Below are positions 17,218 through 26,996 of a DNA stretch of 64,000 nucleotides, piece after piece. The DNA lies in NCBI GenBank assembly GCA_026954325.1, contig JAIXKK010000145.1:260-64259 (forward strand), given 5' to 3'. Position 1 is the first letter of the stretch. Each line of letters begins with the position of its first letter. The notes beneath the pieces are model-generated. The model was given only the letters and a program-made list of their open reading frames with translations. It had not been told where the DNA came from and did not search any database. The stretch comes from Bryobacterales bacterium (GTDB lineage: Bacteria; Acidobacteriota; Terriglobia; Bryobacterales; Bryobacteraceae). A program made the translations under genes and the position numbers.

Positions 17218-19317
17218 ATGGATGGTCGTAGAGTTCCTTGTTTGACCCTGCTTGCCCTGATTGCGCCGGCCGCCCCCGCGCAACCGCCGCCCGGCACAGT
17301 GGCGCGCTATCGCCTTGCCGGCGTCACCGTCCCGCGCGCCTCGCTGGTGACCGCGTTCACTCTTTCCTTGGGGCCGCGTGAGGGGGAACGGCAATGGGTA
17401 TCTTTAGCAGCCACCAAGGCGAACGGCGAAGAATTCCGCGTGTGGCTGCTGAGCACGGGCGAGGCTTCGCGCGCCGGCGCGGACCGTTATCTGTTTCAAG
17501 AGGGGCGCGATGGCAAGCCCCGGGAATATCGCAATGCGCTGAGCGGCCGCGCCGTGCTTCCTTCGCAAGGCGATTGGGAGATGCTGCCCACACCGGCGAT
17601 CAGCTTTTCCGGGGAGGTCCACTACCTGGGCCATCGCTACAGCCGCGAGTCGATTGAACAGCGCACGCCCGAACCGCCGCCCGCGGCGGACGTGGTGATG
17701 CTCCGGCCCGGCCTGCTGATGGGTCCCGCCAGCAACACCAGGCAGAAGGACGAAACACGCCGCTATGACGGCTCTGACTACGAACTGGTCCGGCTCACTC
17801 GCGAGGATTACCGCCGCATGCGGGACGCCGGAATCACCTGCGTCCGCGTGGACGCGGAACAGGCGCCCTGGGCGGACGAACTCGGGCTCTACTATTGGGG
17901 CGCGGGCAATCGCCTGCCGTTCCCGGAATCGCTCTATCGCAGCCAATACCTCGGACCCGCGCTCTTCCTCGATGAGCCGGCCGTGGGAACGCGCGATCAC
18001 GCGGTGCGGCCGCGTTTCGCCAGGGACGAAGCGTTTCGCAAGTCGATTACGCCGAAGGGTATGTTGGAAGAATTCCGCAAGTACTATGAGCACGCGCTGC
18101 GCGAGGGAGTTCCCCGCTCACTGATCAAAGGTCTGCGCGCGCGGCCGGATGTGGACTTGGGCGATCTCGATTTTCCGCAAACGAACCTCTACACCTGGGA
18201 AACGATGGTCAGCACCGCGGCCTATCAGCTTTCGCGCGATCCGCGCGTGCCCGATGCGATGGTCTTCGAACCGCCCGGCCGCATCGGCACGCGCCGCACG
18301 CTTCCCGAAATGGATATGACTTACGGCGTTCAACTGCCGCCCGACGATCCGAAGGCGCTCGCGGACATCATCTTCGGCTTCCTTCGCGGGGCCGCGCGGC
18401 TCACGGGGAAGCAGTGGGGTATGAGCATCTATGGAGCCTTCGAGCGCGCCGACGCGCCCTGGTGGCTGACGCACGCATATGATATGGGCGCTACGCGATT
18501 CTTCTTCTGGGATAACTATCAACTCGCCTGCGTGCCGTTTGGCGAGGTTCTCACGCTCTCCCGTCATCTGAGCGACTACGCGCGCGCGCATCCCCGTCCG
18601 GATCCCGGCCGGCCGCGGATGGCGGCGCGGACAGTCATCCTGCTGCCTCCGGGCTACGATCTGGGGCACGTGCAGACCGGCAAAGGAAACATGTGGGGCG
18701 TGGGCGAACTCAACCTGGAACGGAAAAACGCCTACGGCATTTCGTATCGCACGGTGATGGCAAACTTCTTCACGGAAATCGAACGCTGTTTCAAACTCGG
18801 CGTTCCTTACGACCTGTTGTGGGATCTGCCCGGCGCGCCGGCCACCGGCTACCGCGAAATCGTCCGGATTCGAGAGGATGGAAAAGTGGAGGTGCGAGAG
18901 GCTGAGAACGTGACGGTTCTCGATCACGCAAGAACTCCGCCGGGAATCAGCGGCGCGCCGCCCAAACTGACGCTGACGCTTTCCTCGCACGCGGCAAACG
19001 GGGTTACGGAGGTAACGGCGCGCGCCAGGGTCGAAGAAACCTCGGCGGCTGTTTACTACACCTACGGAGCGGACAACGAAGGCATCTATCGCAACGCCAT
19101 GGTCGCCTGGGAGTTGTATGGCCCCGAGGAGCAGGATCAGGCGGTCCTTGTGCCCGAACACCTCAAGCCAAACGTAGTGATGGACAAGCAAGGCGGAACA
19201 GTGGAAGTCCGGTTTTCTCTGCGCCGTCCCGGCGCGTACCGGCTGCGGGCGTCGACGGTGGATGTGGCGGGGCGCGCAACCGTCGAATGGATGCCCATCA
19301 CGATAGGAGCACGGTGA
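17218..19317 (+). CDS. secreted hypothetical protein (699 aa)
   Basis: Long uninterrupted ORF with normal composition and a signal-like N-terminus (LTLLALIAPAAPAQ). It abuts the next gene: stop TGA 19315-19317, then GTG 19318. No family recognised. Confidence 0.6.
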   Translation: MDGRRVPCLTLLALIAPAAPAQPPPGTVARYRLAGVTVPRASLVTAFTLSLGPREGERQWVSLAATKANGEEFRVWLLSTGEASRAGADRYLFQEGRDGKPREYRNALSGRAVLPSQGDWEMLPTPAISFSGEVHYLGHRYSRESIEQRTPEPPPAADVVMLRPGLLMGPASNTRQKDETRRYDGSDYELVRLTREDYRRMRDAGITCVRVDAEQAPWADELGLYYWGAGNRLPFPESLYRSQYLGPALFLDEPAVGTRDHAVRPRFARDEAFRKSITPKGMLEEFRKYYEHALREGVPRSLIKGLRARPDVDLGDLDFPQTNLYTWETMVSTAAYQLSRDPRVPDAMVFEPPGRIGTRRTLPEMDMTYGVQLPPDDPKALADIIFGFLRGAARLTGKQWGMSIYGAFERADAPWWLTHAYDMGATRFFFWDNYQLACVPFGEVLTLSRHLSDYARAHPRPDPGRPRMAARTVILLPPGYDLGHVQTGKGNMWGVGELNLERKNAYGISYRTVMANFFTEIERCFKLGVPYDLLWDLPGAPATGYREIVRIREDGKVEVREAENVTVLDHARTPPGISGAPPKLTLTLSSHAANGVTEVTARARVEETSAAVYYTYGADNEGIYRNAMVAWELYGPEEQDQAVLVPEHLKPNVVMDKQGGTVEVRFSLRRPGAYRLRASTVDVAGRATVEWMPITIGAR

Positions 19318-20442
19318 GTGAAACGCAGAAGTTTTCTTGGAAGCGCCCTCGCAGCCTTCGCCGGAGATCCGGCGCGTCTCGATAGCGACGGAATGTTACT
19401 GCTTCACGGCAAGCGCACCTTTGTCCTCGGGCTATATCAACTGCCGCAAGGCGCCGGCGCCTGGCGGCGGGCGGCGGATGCCGGATTCCATGTGGTCCAT
19501 GCGGATCCGAAGCCGGACCAGTTGGCCGAGGCGCGCGCGCACAACATGCATGTCTGGCTCACCGTTGGCTCGAAGCGCAAGCCGGAGGATGAGACGCGCA
19601 TCCGGAAATTCATCGGGCAGTGGAAACAGCATCCGGAAGTTCTGTTTTGGGAGACCGAGGATGAACCTTCGTTCGTGTGGAAAAAGCCAAAAGAATTCCG
19701 CGTGCCGCCAGAGGTCATCCGCGAAACCTATCGCCTGGTCAAATCGGCGGACCCGGCGCGGCCGATCTATCTGAACCACTCGCCCACGAATCTCGTCAGC
19801 ACGCTCGCGCGCTACAACCCCGGCGGCGATTTCATCGCGACAGACATCTACCCGGTCATTCCACACGGAATTCGCGAACAATACGCGCTCTGGCCGGACG
19901 GGCGGCAGGGGGACTTCCTCAATTCCACAATTTCCCAGGTAGGCGCCTACACGGACAAGATGCGGCAGGTGGCGGGCCCGGCGCGGGGCGTATGGGTGGT
20001 GCTGCAAGGGTTTGCCTGGGAGATGTTGCGGGAAAAAGACCCCGATCCGAAAATGATCCTCTATCCGACGAAGGCAGAGACACGGTTCATGGCCTTCCAG
20101 GCGATTGTCCACGGCGCGACCGGGCTGTTGTGGTGGGGCCTTTACCGCACGCCGCTGGAATCGGGGTTGTGGGACAGCATCGCGGCTGTTGCCCGGGAGG
20201 TGAAGGAGCTTTCCGTAGAACTGGCGGCCAGACCGTTACGGGCCAATGTCCAAGTCGAGTATCACGACACCGGCCACAGCCTCGATCACGGCATCGAGTG
20301 GGTGGTGAAGCCATCCCGCAACGGCAGCGTGCTGATGGCGGTCAACGCGGACAGGAATCCGGTGGAAGCCACCATGCGGCTCGGCGCATGGCAGCGCAGG
20401 GAGTTGTTCGAGCCGTTCGGGGTGAGAATATTCCGGCCGTAG
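19318..20442 (+). CDS. putative TIM-barrel glycoside-hydrolase-like protein
   Basis: Signal/TAT-like MKRRSFLGSALAAFA. HPEVLFWETEDEPSF and VVLQGFAWE resemble clan GH-A acid/base and nucleophile strands. Family not assigned. Confidence 0.5.
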   Translation: MKRRSFLGSALAAFAGDPARLDSDGMLLLHGKRTFVLGLYQLPQGAGAWRRAADAGFHVVHADPKPDQLAEARAHNMHVWLTVGSKRKPEDETRIRKFIGQWKQHPEVLFWETEDEPSFVWKKPKEFRVPPEVIRETYRLVKSADPARPIYLNHSPTNLVSTLARYNPGGDFIATDIYPVIPHGIREQYALWPDGRQGDFLNSTISQVGAYTDKMRQVAGPARGVWVVLQGFAWEMLREKDPDPKMILYPTKAETRFMAFQAIVHGATGLLWWGLYRTPLESGLWDSIAAVAREVKELSVELAARPLRANVQVEYHDTGHSLDHGIEWVVKPSRNGSVLMAVNADRNPVEATMRLGAWQRRELFEPFGVRIFRP

Positions 20443-20507
20443 ACTTCCATCGTGGAAAGATGCGCTTTGAGCGGGCCGGCGCCACCCATCCGGTACACTA
20501 AGACCTG

Positions 20508-21422
20508 ATGCGCTGCTCGCAAATCGCCGTCATTGGCGTGCCTCTCGATCTCGGCGCCGGACGCCGCGGCGTGGACATGGGTCCTTCCGCCATTCGTGTC
20601 GCCAATCTCGGCTCGCGTATTGCCGCCCTCGGCTACGAGGTGGAAGACTTGGGCAACGTGGAAGTGAAGCAGGCGGAAAGCATTCCCACCGGCGCATCCA
20701 CTGCCCGCTATCTGCACGAGATTGCTTTCACCTGCAAACGCCTCGCGGCCCTGGTGGAAAAGACGCTCGCATCCGGAAAAATGCCCCTGGTGCTCGGCGG
20801 CGATCATTCCGTCGCCATCGGCGCCGTTTCCGGCCTGTCGCGTCATTACCGGAAGCAGAAGAAATCCACCGGGCTGCTGTGGTTGGATGCCCACGCCGAT
20901 ATGAACACTCCGGAAACATCTCCCAGCGGTAATGTGCATGGCATGCCGCTGGCCTGCATCACAGGCTACGGTCCGCCCGAACTGACGCGGATCTACGGCT
21001 ATGAGCCGAAGGTGGATGCGCGAAACGTGGTGCTGGTGGGCATTCGGGACGTGGACCAACTCGAGAAGCCGCACGTCAGGCAATCCGGCGTGCATGCGTT
21101 CACCATGCGCGACATCGATGAGCGCGGGCTGCGCGCGGTGATGAAAGAAGCCATCGAAATTGCGTGCGCCGGCACGGAGGGCTTTCATCTTTCCTTCGAC
21201 ATGGATGCCGTCGACCCGCAAATCGCGCCCGGCGTCGGCACTCCGGTGCGCGGCGGCATCACCTACCGCGAAGCTCATCTCGCCATGGAGATCGTCAACG
21301 ACTCGGGCCGCATGCTCTCCATGGAAATGGTGGAAGTGAACCCGGTCATCGACGAGCGCAACCGCACCGCCGAGCTTGCGGTAGAGCTGACCATGTCCGC
21401 CCTGGGGAAGAGGATTCTGTGA
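20508..21422 (+). CDS. rocF: arginase
   Basis: GGDHSVAIG, WLDAHADMNTPETSPSGNVHGMPLA and SFDMDAVDPQIAPGVGTPVRGGITYREAH are classic arginase Mn-binding motifs, very close to Bacillus RocF. Confidence 0.92.
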   Translation: MRCSQIAVIGVPLDLGAGRRGVDMGPSAIRVANLGSRIAALGYEVEDLGNVEVKQAESIPTGASTARYLHEIAFTCKRLAALVEKTLASGKMPLVLGGDHSVAIGAVSGLSRHYRKQKKSTGLLWLDAHADMNTPETSPSGNVHGMPLACITGYGPPELTRIYGYEPKVDARNVVLVGIRDVDQLEKPHVRQSGVHAFTMRDIDERGLRAVMKEAIEIACAGTEGFHLSFDMDAVDPQIAPGVGTPVRGGITYREAHLAMEIVNDSGRMLSMEMVEVNPVIDERNRTAELAVELTMSALGKRIL

Positions 21423-22396
21423 AACTACGCGTGGCTGTCATCTACGGCGGGCGAAGCGGCGAGCATGAGATCTCGCTGCGCTCCGCCAAATCCATCATCG
21501 AGGCGCTCGACCCGGATCGGTATCACGTTCTGCACTACCTCATTTCAAAGGAGGGCCGCTGGTCCCCGAAACCCATTCAGCCCGAACCCGGCGCGAATGC
21601 TCACATCGACGTGGTGTTTCCCATCCTCCATGGCACGTTCGGCGAGGACGGCACCGTGCAGGGACTGCTGGAACTCGCCGGGCTTCCTTACGTGGGCGCG
21701 GGCGTGTTCGCCTCGGCCGCCGCCATGGATAAGGACGCCATGAAACGTCTCTGCCGCGAGCGTGGTCTTCCCGTGGTGGAGTGCGTCGTGATGCTCTCCA
21801 ACCAACTCGACCCGGCGCTGCCCTCTCAACATTTCTCCTTTCCCATGTTCGTGAAGCCGGCCAATCTCGGGTCGAGCGTCGGTATTTCGAAGGCCTCCAA
21901 TCCCGAAGAACTCGCCGCCGCTCTTCAACTGGCCGCGCAGTTTGACCGCAAGGTGATTGTCGAGCGCGCCATCGTGGGGAAAGAGCTCGAGTGCGCTGTC
22001 CTCGGCAACGAAGAACCGGAAGCCTCTCTACCCTGCGAGATCCTGCCTTCCAGGGAATTCTACGATTACGAGGATAAGTATCTGCTCGACAAAGCGGAAT
22101 GCATCATCCCCGCGGGTCTTTCCGCCTCGGACACGGCTGAACTGCGGCGAATCGCCGTCGAAGCCTACAAGGCCGTGCAGTGCGAAGGCATGGCGCGCGT
22201 GGATTTTCTTTACGAAGCGGCCACCGGCAAACTCTATCTGAACGAGATCAACACCATCCCCGGCTTCACCTCCATCAGCATGTTCCCCAAGATGTGGGAG
22301 CACAGCGGGCTCCCCATGCCCAAACTGGTGGACAAACTGATCGAACTCGCCCTGGCCCGGCATGAGGCTCGCAAGAATCTGCGGTATTCCCTGTGA
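21419..22396 (+). CDS. ddl: D-alanine--D-alanine ligase
   Basis: GTGA overlap with the arginase stop. VAVIYGGRSGEHEISLRSA, FPILHGTFGEDGTVQGLLE, MFVKPANLGSSVGISK and LNEINTIPGFTSISMFPKMW. Confidence 0.93.
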   Translation: MKLRVAVIYGGRSGEHEISLRSAKSIIEALDPDRYHVLHYLISKEGRWSPKPIQPEPGANAHIDVVFPILHGTFGEDGTVQGLLELAGLPYVGAGVFASAAAMDKDAMKRLCRERGLPVVECVVMLSNQLDPALPSQHFSFPMFVKPANLGSSVGISKASNPEELAAALQLAAQFDRKVIVERAIVGKELECAVLGNEEPEASLPCEILPSREFYDYEDKYLLDKAECIIPAGLSASDTAELRRIAVEAYKAVQCEGMARVDFLYEAATGKLYLNEINTIPGFTSISMFPKMWEHSGLPMPKLVDKLIELALARHEARKNLRYSL

Positions 22397-23841
22397 TGCT
22401 CACGCTGGTTCCAGCTTTACTGTTATTCTTCGCGGCCGATGTCAGCGACCTCGACCATCTCCTCAAGAAGTTCATCGATGTCTACGTAGCGGCCGGCGAG
22501 AATGCGGCCGATCCCGTCAACCCCGAACAGGCCATCTATCAGGGCGCCATTCCCGGCATGCTGCGCCGGCTCGATCCGCATTCCATCTTCTTCGACCCCG
22601 GCCAGTTCGAACAGCTCAAGGAACTCGAGAAAAGCACCAAGAAGGGGTTTGGCAGCGTTGTCTCCGTGCTTCCCGGCCGCGTCATCTTTCTTCAGACGCT
22701 GCCCGGCACTCCGTCCGCGAAATCGGGCATCATGGCCGGCGACGAGATTGTCGCCATCAACAACATTCCCCTTTCGAGCCTCGACATGAATCAACTGGTG
22801 CAGTTGCTCACTGAATCACGCCAGCAGCAGGCTCGCGTCGATGTGCGCCGCGCCGGAAACGCCCGGCTGCTCTCCTTCGTCCTGACCCCGGAGGAAGTCG
22901 AATCGCCGGCCGTGGACCGTGCGTTTCTCCTCAAGCCCGGCGTGGGATACGTGCGCATCACCAGCTTCGAAGCGGAAACCGGACCGCAGCTCCAGCAAGC
23001 CATCGGGAAACTGGGCGGAGATAAACTGAAGGCGCTTGTCCTCGACCTGCGCAACAATCCCGGCGGAATCCTGCCCGCCGCGCTCGACGTCAACAGCCTG
23101 TTTCTCAAGCCCGGAACCAAGATCCTCACCATTCGCGGCCGCTCGAAGGAAACCGAGGAGGTGAAGGTTTCCGGTAAGGCGAAACCATACAATTTTCAAC
23201 TCGCCGTGCTGATCAACGGGCGCACGGCAAGCGCTTCGGAAATCGTCGCCGGAGCCGTTCAGGATCACGACCGCGGCGTTGTGGTGGGCGAGCCGAGTTT
23301 CGGCAAGGGCCTGGTGCAAGGCGTGTATCCTCTCTCCAATTCAACCGGCCTCGCGCTCACCACCGCCTATTACTACACCCCCAGCGGCCGCTCCATCCAG
23401 CATCCTCTTACCGGCGGCCAACTGGATGAAGTGACCCGCGCCAAACAGCCCGAATACAGGACGGACAAAGGCCGCATCGTGCGCGGAGGCGGCGGTATTC
23501 AGCCCGATGAAGTGATCTATCCGGAACCGGTGAGCCGCTTCCGCGCCGTCGTCGACGCCACCGGCATTCTCACAACCTACGCCACCAGCTACCTGCTGAA
23601 GAACAAAGCCGGCGAAGATTTCGAAGTCACTCCGGCGCTGCTCGACGATTTGAGAGTGTTCCTTTCGGAAAGCAAGATCCAGCCGGGTTTGAGCGAATGG
23701 TCGCGGGAGCGGGATTGGATCACATCGCGGCTGAAGCAGGAAATTCTCAATCAGGCGGCCGGTGTGGCCAAGGGGGACGAGGTCGAGTTCCGCCGGGACC
23801 CGGTTGTGCGCGGGGGCCTGCGCCTGTTAGGGATAGAGTAA
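22393..23841 (+). CDS. S41-family C-terminal processing peptidase (PDZ-containing)
   Basis: PDZ segment (PGTPSAKSGIMAGDEIVAINN). Catalytic region LDLRNNPGGIL and INGRTASASEIVAGAVQD...GEPSFGKG. Overlaps the ddl stop. Confidence 0.88.
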   Translation: MMLTLVPALLLFFAADVSDLDHLLKKFIDVYVAAGENAADPVNPEQAIYQGAIPGMLRRLDPHSIFFDPGQFEQLKELEKSTKKGFGSVVSVLPGRVIFLQTLPGTPSAKSGIMAGDEIVAINNIPLSSLDMNQLVQLLTESRQQQARVDVRRAGNARLLSFVLTPEEVESPAVDRAFLLKPGVGYVRITSFEAETGPQLQQAIGKLGGDKLKALVLDLRNNPGGILPAALDVNSLFLKPGTKILTIRGRSKETEEVKVSGKAKPYNFQLAVLINGRTASASEIVAGAVQDHDRGVVVGEPSFGKGLVQGVYPLSNSTGLALTTAYYYTPSGRSIQHPLTGGQLDEVTRAKQPEYRTDKGRIVRGGGGIQPDEVIYPEPVSRFRAVVDATGILTTYATSYLLKNKAGEDFEVTPALLDDLRVFLSESKIQPGLSEWSRERDWITSRLKQEILNQAAGVAKGDEVEFRRDPVVRGGLRLLGIE

Positions 23842-26800
23842 TGCGCCGAAAGCCTGCCATGCTGCTGGTGGTGGCGGCCGTACTGGGATTGATTGCGGCC
23901 GCGCCAAACAAGGAAGATCTCCTCTGGCAATACCGGAATCGCGGGAAAGCCTTCTACGAAAACCCCACCACGCAAGCGCAGGCAGTGGACGAATTCAAGA
24001 AAGCGCTCGACCTTGCGCCCAATTCTATTCGCGAACGTCTCAACTACGGTCTGGCGCTGCTGCGCGCGGGCAGAACGGCGGAGGCCATCACCGAACTCAA
24101 GAAGGTGCGGCAGCAGGATCCCAAGCTGCCGCACACCTGGTTCAATCTCGGCATTGTCTACAAGAAAGCCGGCGAAATGGAACAGGCCGCCGCCATGTTC
24201 GAGCGCATGGGGCAACTGGCGCCGGACGATGCCGTCACCCAATACAACCTCGGCGTCCTCTACAAGCTTCAGGACAAGCTGCCCGCCGCCATGGAGCGCT
24301 TCGAAAATGCCGCGCGATTGGACCCCAGCCTCGCCGCGCCGCGCTTCCAACTCTATAACGTGTACCGCCTTTCCGGAAAGCGCGAGGAAGCGATGAAGCA
24401 ACTGGCGCAATTCCAGGCCCTCAAGAAAGCGCAGGAAATCTCCGGGAACACCGAGGACATGGAGTGGAATGAATACGCCGAAATCTACGATCCCATTGAC
24501 CCGTCCCTCTCCACCTTTGACGCGGCCGATTCCGCCCCGCCCCGATTCACCAGGCGCAAGATCGGCCCGGGCGTTTCCGAAGCGCAGGCGCTGGTCTGGA
24601 ACTTCGATAACGGCGCGCGCGCCGATCTTCTGGTGTGGGGCGCTTTCGGCGGCGGCCGCTTGTATCGCGGCGGCGTCACTTCCGTGCAAGCGCCGCAACT
24701 GGCCCCCGGCCGGGCATTCTTCGCGGGCGATGCCGATAACGACGGCTTCGCCGATCTCTGCATGTTGACCGCCGCCGGCGCGGAATTGCTGTGGAATCGC
24801 AGAGGCTCCCTCGAGAAAGCGCCCCATCCGCTGGCCGAAGGCGCGTTCTCGAAAGCCATCTGGGTGGATTACGATCACGATTACGATCTCGATCTCCTCC
24901 TGCTTGGCAGGAAGACCGTACTCCTGCGCAACCAGGGCGGCGGCGGGTTCGTGGACCGCGGTTCCGCCCTGCCGTTCGTCAACGCGGAAGCCGTGGACGG
25001 CGTTTCCTTCCGCATGATTCCCGATAGCAAGTCGAACGATATCCTGATCGCTTACCGGGACAGATCCGCCGTCCTCTATCGCGACCGGCTGGCAGGGAAG
25101 TTCGAAGCCGTTCCCATGCCGCTGATCCCTCCGGGCGCGGCGCACCTGCGCGTGTGGGACTGGAACCATGACGGCGCGCTTGACCTCGCCTTCACCGCCG
25201 GAGGGAAGTTGCATTTACTGGCCAACCAACACGGCGCATGGAAGGAGCAGGCCGCGCCTGCCGTGGCCGATGCGGCCTTCTGCGACTTCAACAACCTCGC
25301 GGTGACTGAACTTTGCGCCGGCGGCCAGGTCTACCCTTTGATCGGCGCGCCGCGCAAAATGGAAGGCCTCGATACGCCCATCGCCATCGCCGATTTCAAC
25401 GCGGACGGCCGCGCGGATGCCGTCTCCGCCGATCCCTCGGGAACGTGGCTTCACGAAAACGCGACACCGGCCAAGAACCGCTGGTTCAGCGTAAAACTCG
25501 ACGGCGTGAAAAACCTGAAGCTCGGTAGCGGCGCCGAGGTGGAAATCAAAGCCGGCCGCCGCTATCAGAAGAAACTCTATGAAGGCTATCCGCTGCTGTT
25601 CGGCATGCGCGGCTATGCGCTCATCGACACCGTACGCATCACATGGCCGAACGGTCTCATCCAGAACGAACCCAGGCAGGCGGTGGGCCGCATCGCGGAA
25701 TACAAGGAAGCACAGCGCCTGTCTGGCAGTTGCCCCATGATCTACACCTGGAACGGGCGCGAGTTTTCCTTCCTCACCGATGTGCTCGGCGTCGCTCCCC
25801 TGGGCGCGAGTTCCGGAGACGGCAAGTACTTCCCCACCGATCACGACGAGTACGTTTCGATTCCGGGCGAAGCGCTGCGCGCTCGCGACGGGTACTACGA
25901 CCTCCGCATCACCGAGGAACTGGGCGAGGTCACTTATCTCGACCACCTGAAACTGATTGCTCTTGATCATCCGGCGGACGTCGAAATTTACTCGAACGAT
26001 AAATGGAAATCGCCGCCGTACCCCGATTTCCGGCTGTATCAGACTCAGCGCCGCGTCTATCCCTTGCGCGCGAGGGATGGCAAGGGGACGGATGTCCTCG
26101 CCCGCATCCGCGCGCTCGACCGGGTCTATGCGGATACCTTCCGCCGCACGATGAGGAACACCGCGGAAACCCACTCTATCGAACTTGATTTCGGACCTGC
26201 CGCTCCCAATCAAGGGGCGTTCCTCGTCCTCACCGGATGGGTGGATTGGGCCGATGGAAGCACGTTCCTCAAGGAATCCCAGGAGCCGGGGAAAGCTCTC
26301 GTTCCACCGTACCTGCAAGTCCGCGACCGCAACGGCGAATGGCGCACCGTCATCGAAGACATGGGGATCCCATCCGGCAAGACCAAGGCCATCGCTGTCG
26401 ATCTTTCCGGCAAATTCCTGTCCTCCTCGCGCGAAGCGCGGATTGTCACTAACCTGTGCGTCTATTGGGATGAGATCTTCCTTGGCGTCCAAACCGCGCA
26501 GCCGCGCGTTCATATGCGGCCCATCGCCGCCGCCCAGGCGGACCTCGCTTTCCACGGGTTCTCCAAACCCCTCATCCATCCGGAACGCCGCCAGCCGGAA
26601 ATGTTCTTCTACAACCCCGCGGGTTCCACCTCTTCCTGGAATCCCACACCCGGCCGCTACACGCGCTACGGCGATGTGAAGATGCTTCTCGAGAGCGTAG
26701 ATGATATGTTTGTCATCATGGGCTCCGGGGATGAATTGCGCGTCCGATTTTCCGCGGCCACGCCGCCGCCCCAGGGGTGGAAGCGTGATTTCCTCCTTTA

Positions 26801-26996
26801 TGTGGATGGATGGGCCAAGGACAGCGACGCGAACACCGCCTTCTCCCAATCAGTGGAGCCGCTGCCGTTCCACGGCATGACTCAATATCCTTACGCCGCG
26901 CCGGAGCGCTACCCCGAGGATACGGCGCACAAGGCTTATCAGGATTCCTATAACACGCGCCCCGCGCTGCGGCTGTTGCGATCGATAGCACCATGA
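23841..26996 (+). CDS. TPR + FG-GAP/VCBS + ASPIC/UnbV-like large secreted protein
   Basis: TAATG overlap with the upstream stop. Signal MRRKPAMLLVVAAVLGLIAA and several TPR units. FG-GAP-type Ca-loop motifs (GDADNDGFADL, DYDHDYDLDLLL, DWNHDGALDLAF, DFNADGRADAV). UnbV-like NRWFSVKLDGVKNLKLGSGAEVEIKAG...ITWPNG. Confidence 0.8.
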   Translation: MRRKPAMLLVVAAVLGLIAAAPNKEDLLWQYRNRGKAFYENPTTQAQAVDEFKKALDLAPNSIRERLNYGLALLRAGRTAEAITELKKVRQQDPKLPHTWFNLGIVYKKAGEMEQAAAMFERMGQLAPDDAVTQYNLGVLYKLQDKLPAAMERFENAARLDPSLAAPRFQLYNVYRLSGKREEAMKQLAQFQALKKAQEISGNTEDMEWNEYAEIYDPIDPSLSTFDAADSAPPRFTRRKIGPGVSEAQALVWNFDNGARADLLVWGAFGGGRLYRGGVTSVQAPQLAPGRAFFAGDADNDGFADLCMLTAAGAELLWNRRGSLEKAPHPLAEGAFSKAIWVDYDHDYDLDLLLLGRKTVLLRNQGGGGFVDRGSALPFVNAEAVDGVSFRMIPDSKSNDILIAYRDRSAVLYRDRLAGKFEAVPMPLIPPGAAHLRVWDWNHDGALDLAFTAGGKLHLLANQHGAWKEQAAPAVADAAFCDFNNLAVTELCAGGQVYPLIGAPRKMEGLDTPIAIADFNADGRADAVSADPSGTWLHENATPAKNRWFSVKLDGVKNLKLGSGAEVEIKAGRRYQKKLYEGYPLLFGMRGYALIDTVRITWPNGLIQNEPRQAVGRIAEYKEAQRLSGSCPMIYTWNGREFSFLTDVLGVAPLGASSGDGKYFPTDHDEYVSIPGEALRARDGYYDLRITEELGEVTYLDHLKLIALDHPADVEIYSNDKWKSPPYPDFRLYQTQRRVYPLRARDGKGTDVLARIRALDRVYADTFRRTMRNTAETHSIELDFGPAAPNQGAFLVLTGWVDWADGSTFLKESQEPGKALVPPYLQVRDRNGEWRTVIEDMGIPSGKTKAIAVDLSGKFLSSSREARIVTNLCVYWDEIFLGVQTAQPRVHMRPIAAAQADLAFHGFSKPLIHPERRQPEMFFYNPAGSTSSWNPTPGRYTRYGDVKMLLESVDDMFVIMGSGDELRVRFSAATPPPQGWKRDFLLYVDGWAKDSDANTAFSQSVEPLPFHGMTQYPYAAPERYPEDTAHKAYQDSYNTRPALRLLRSIAP

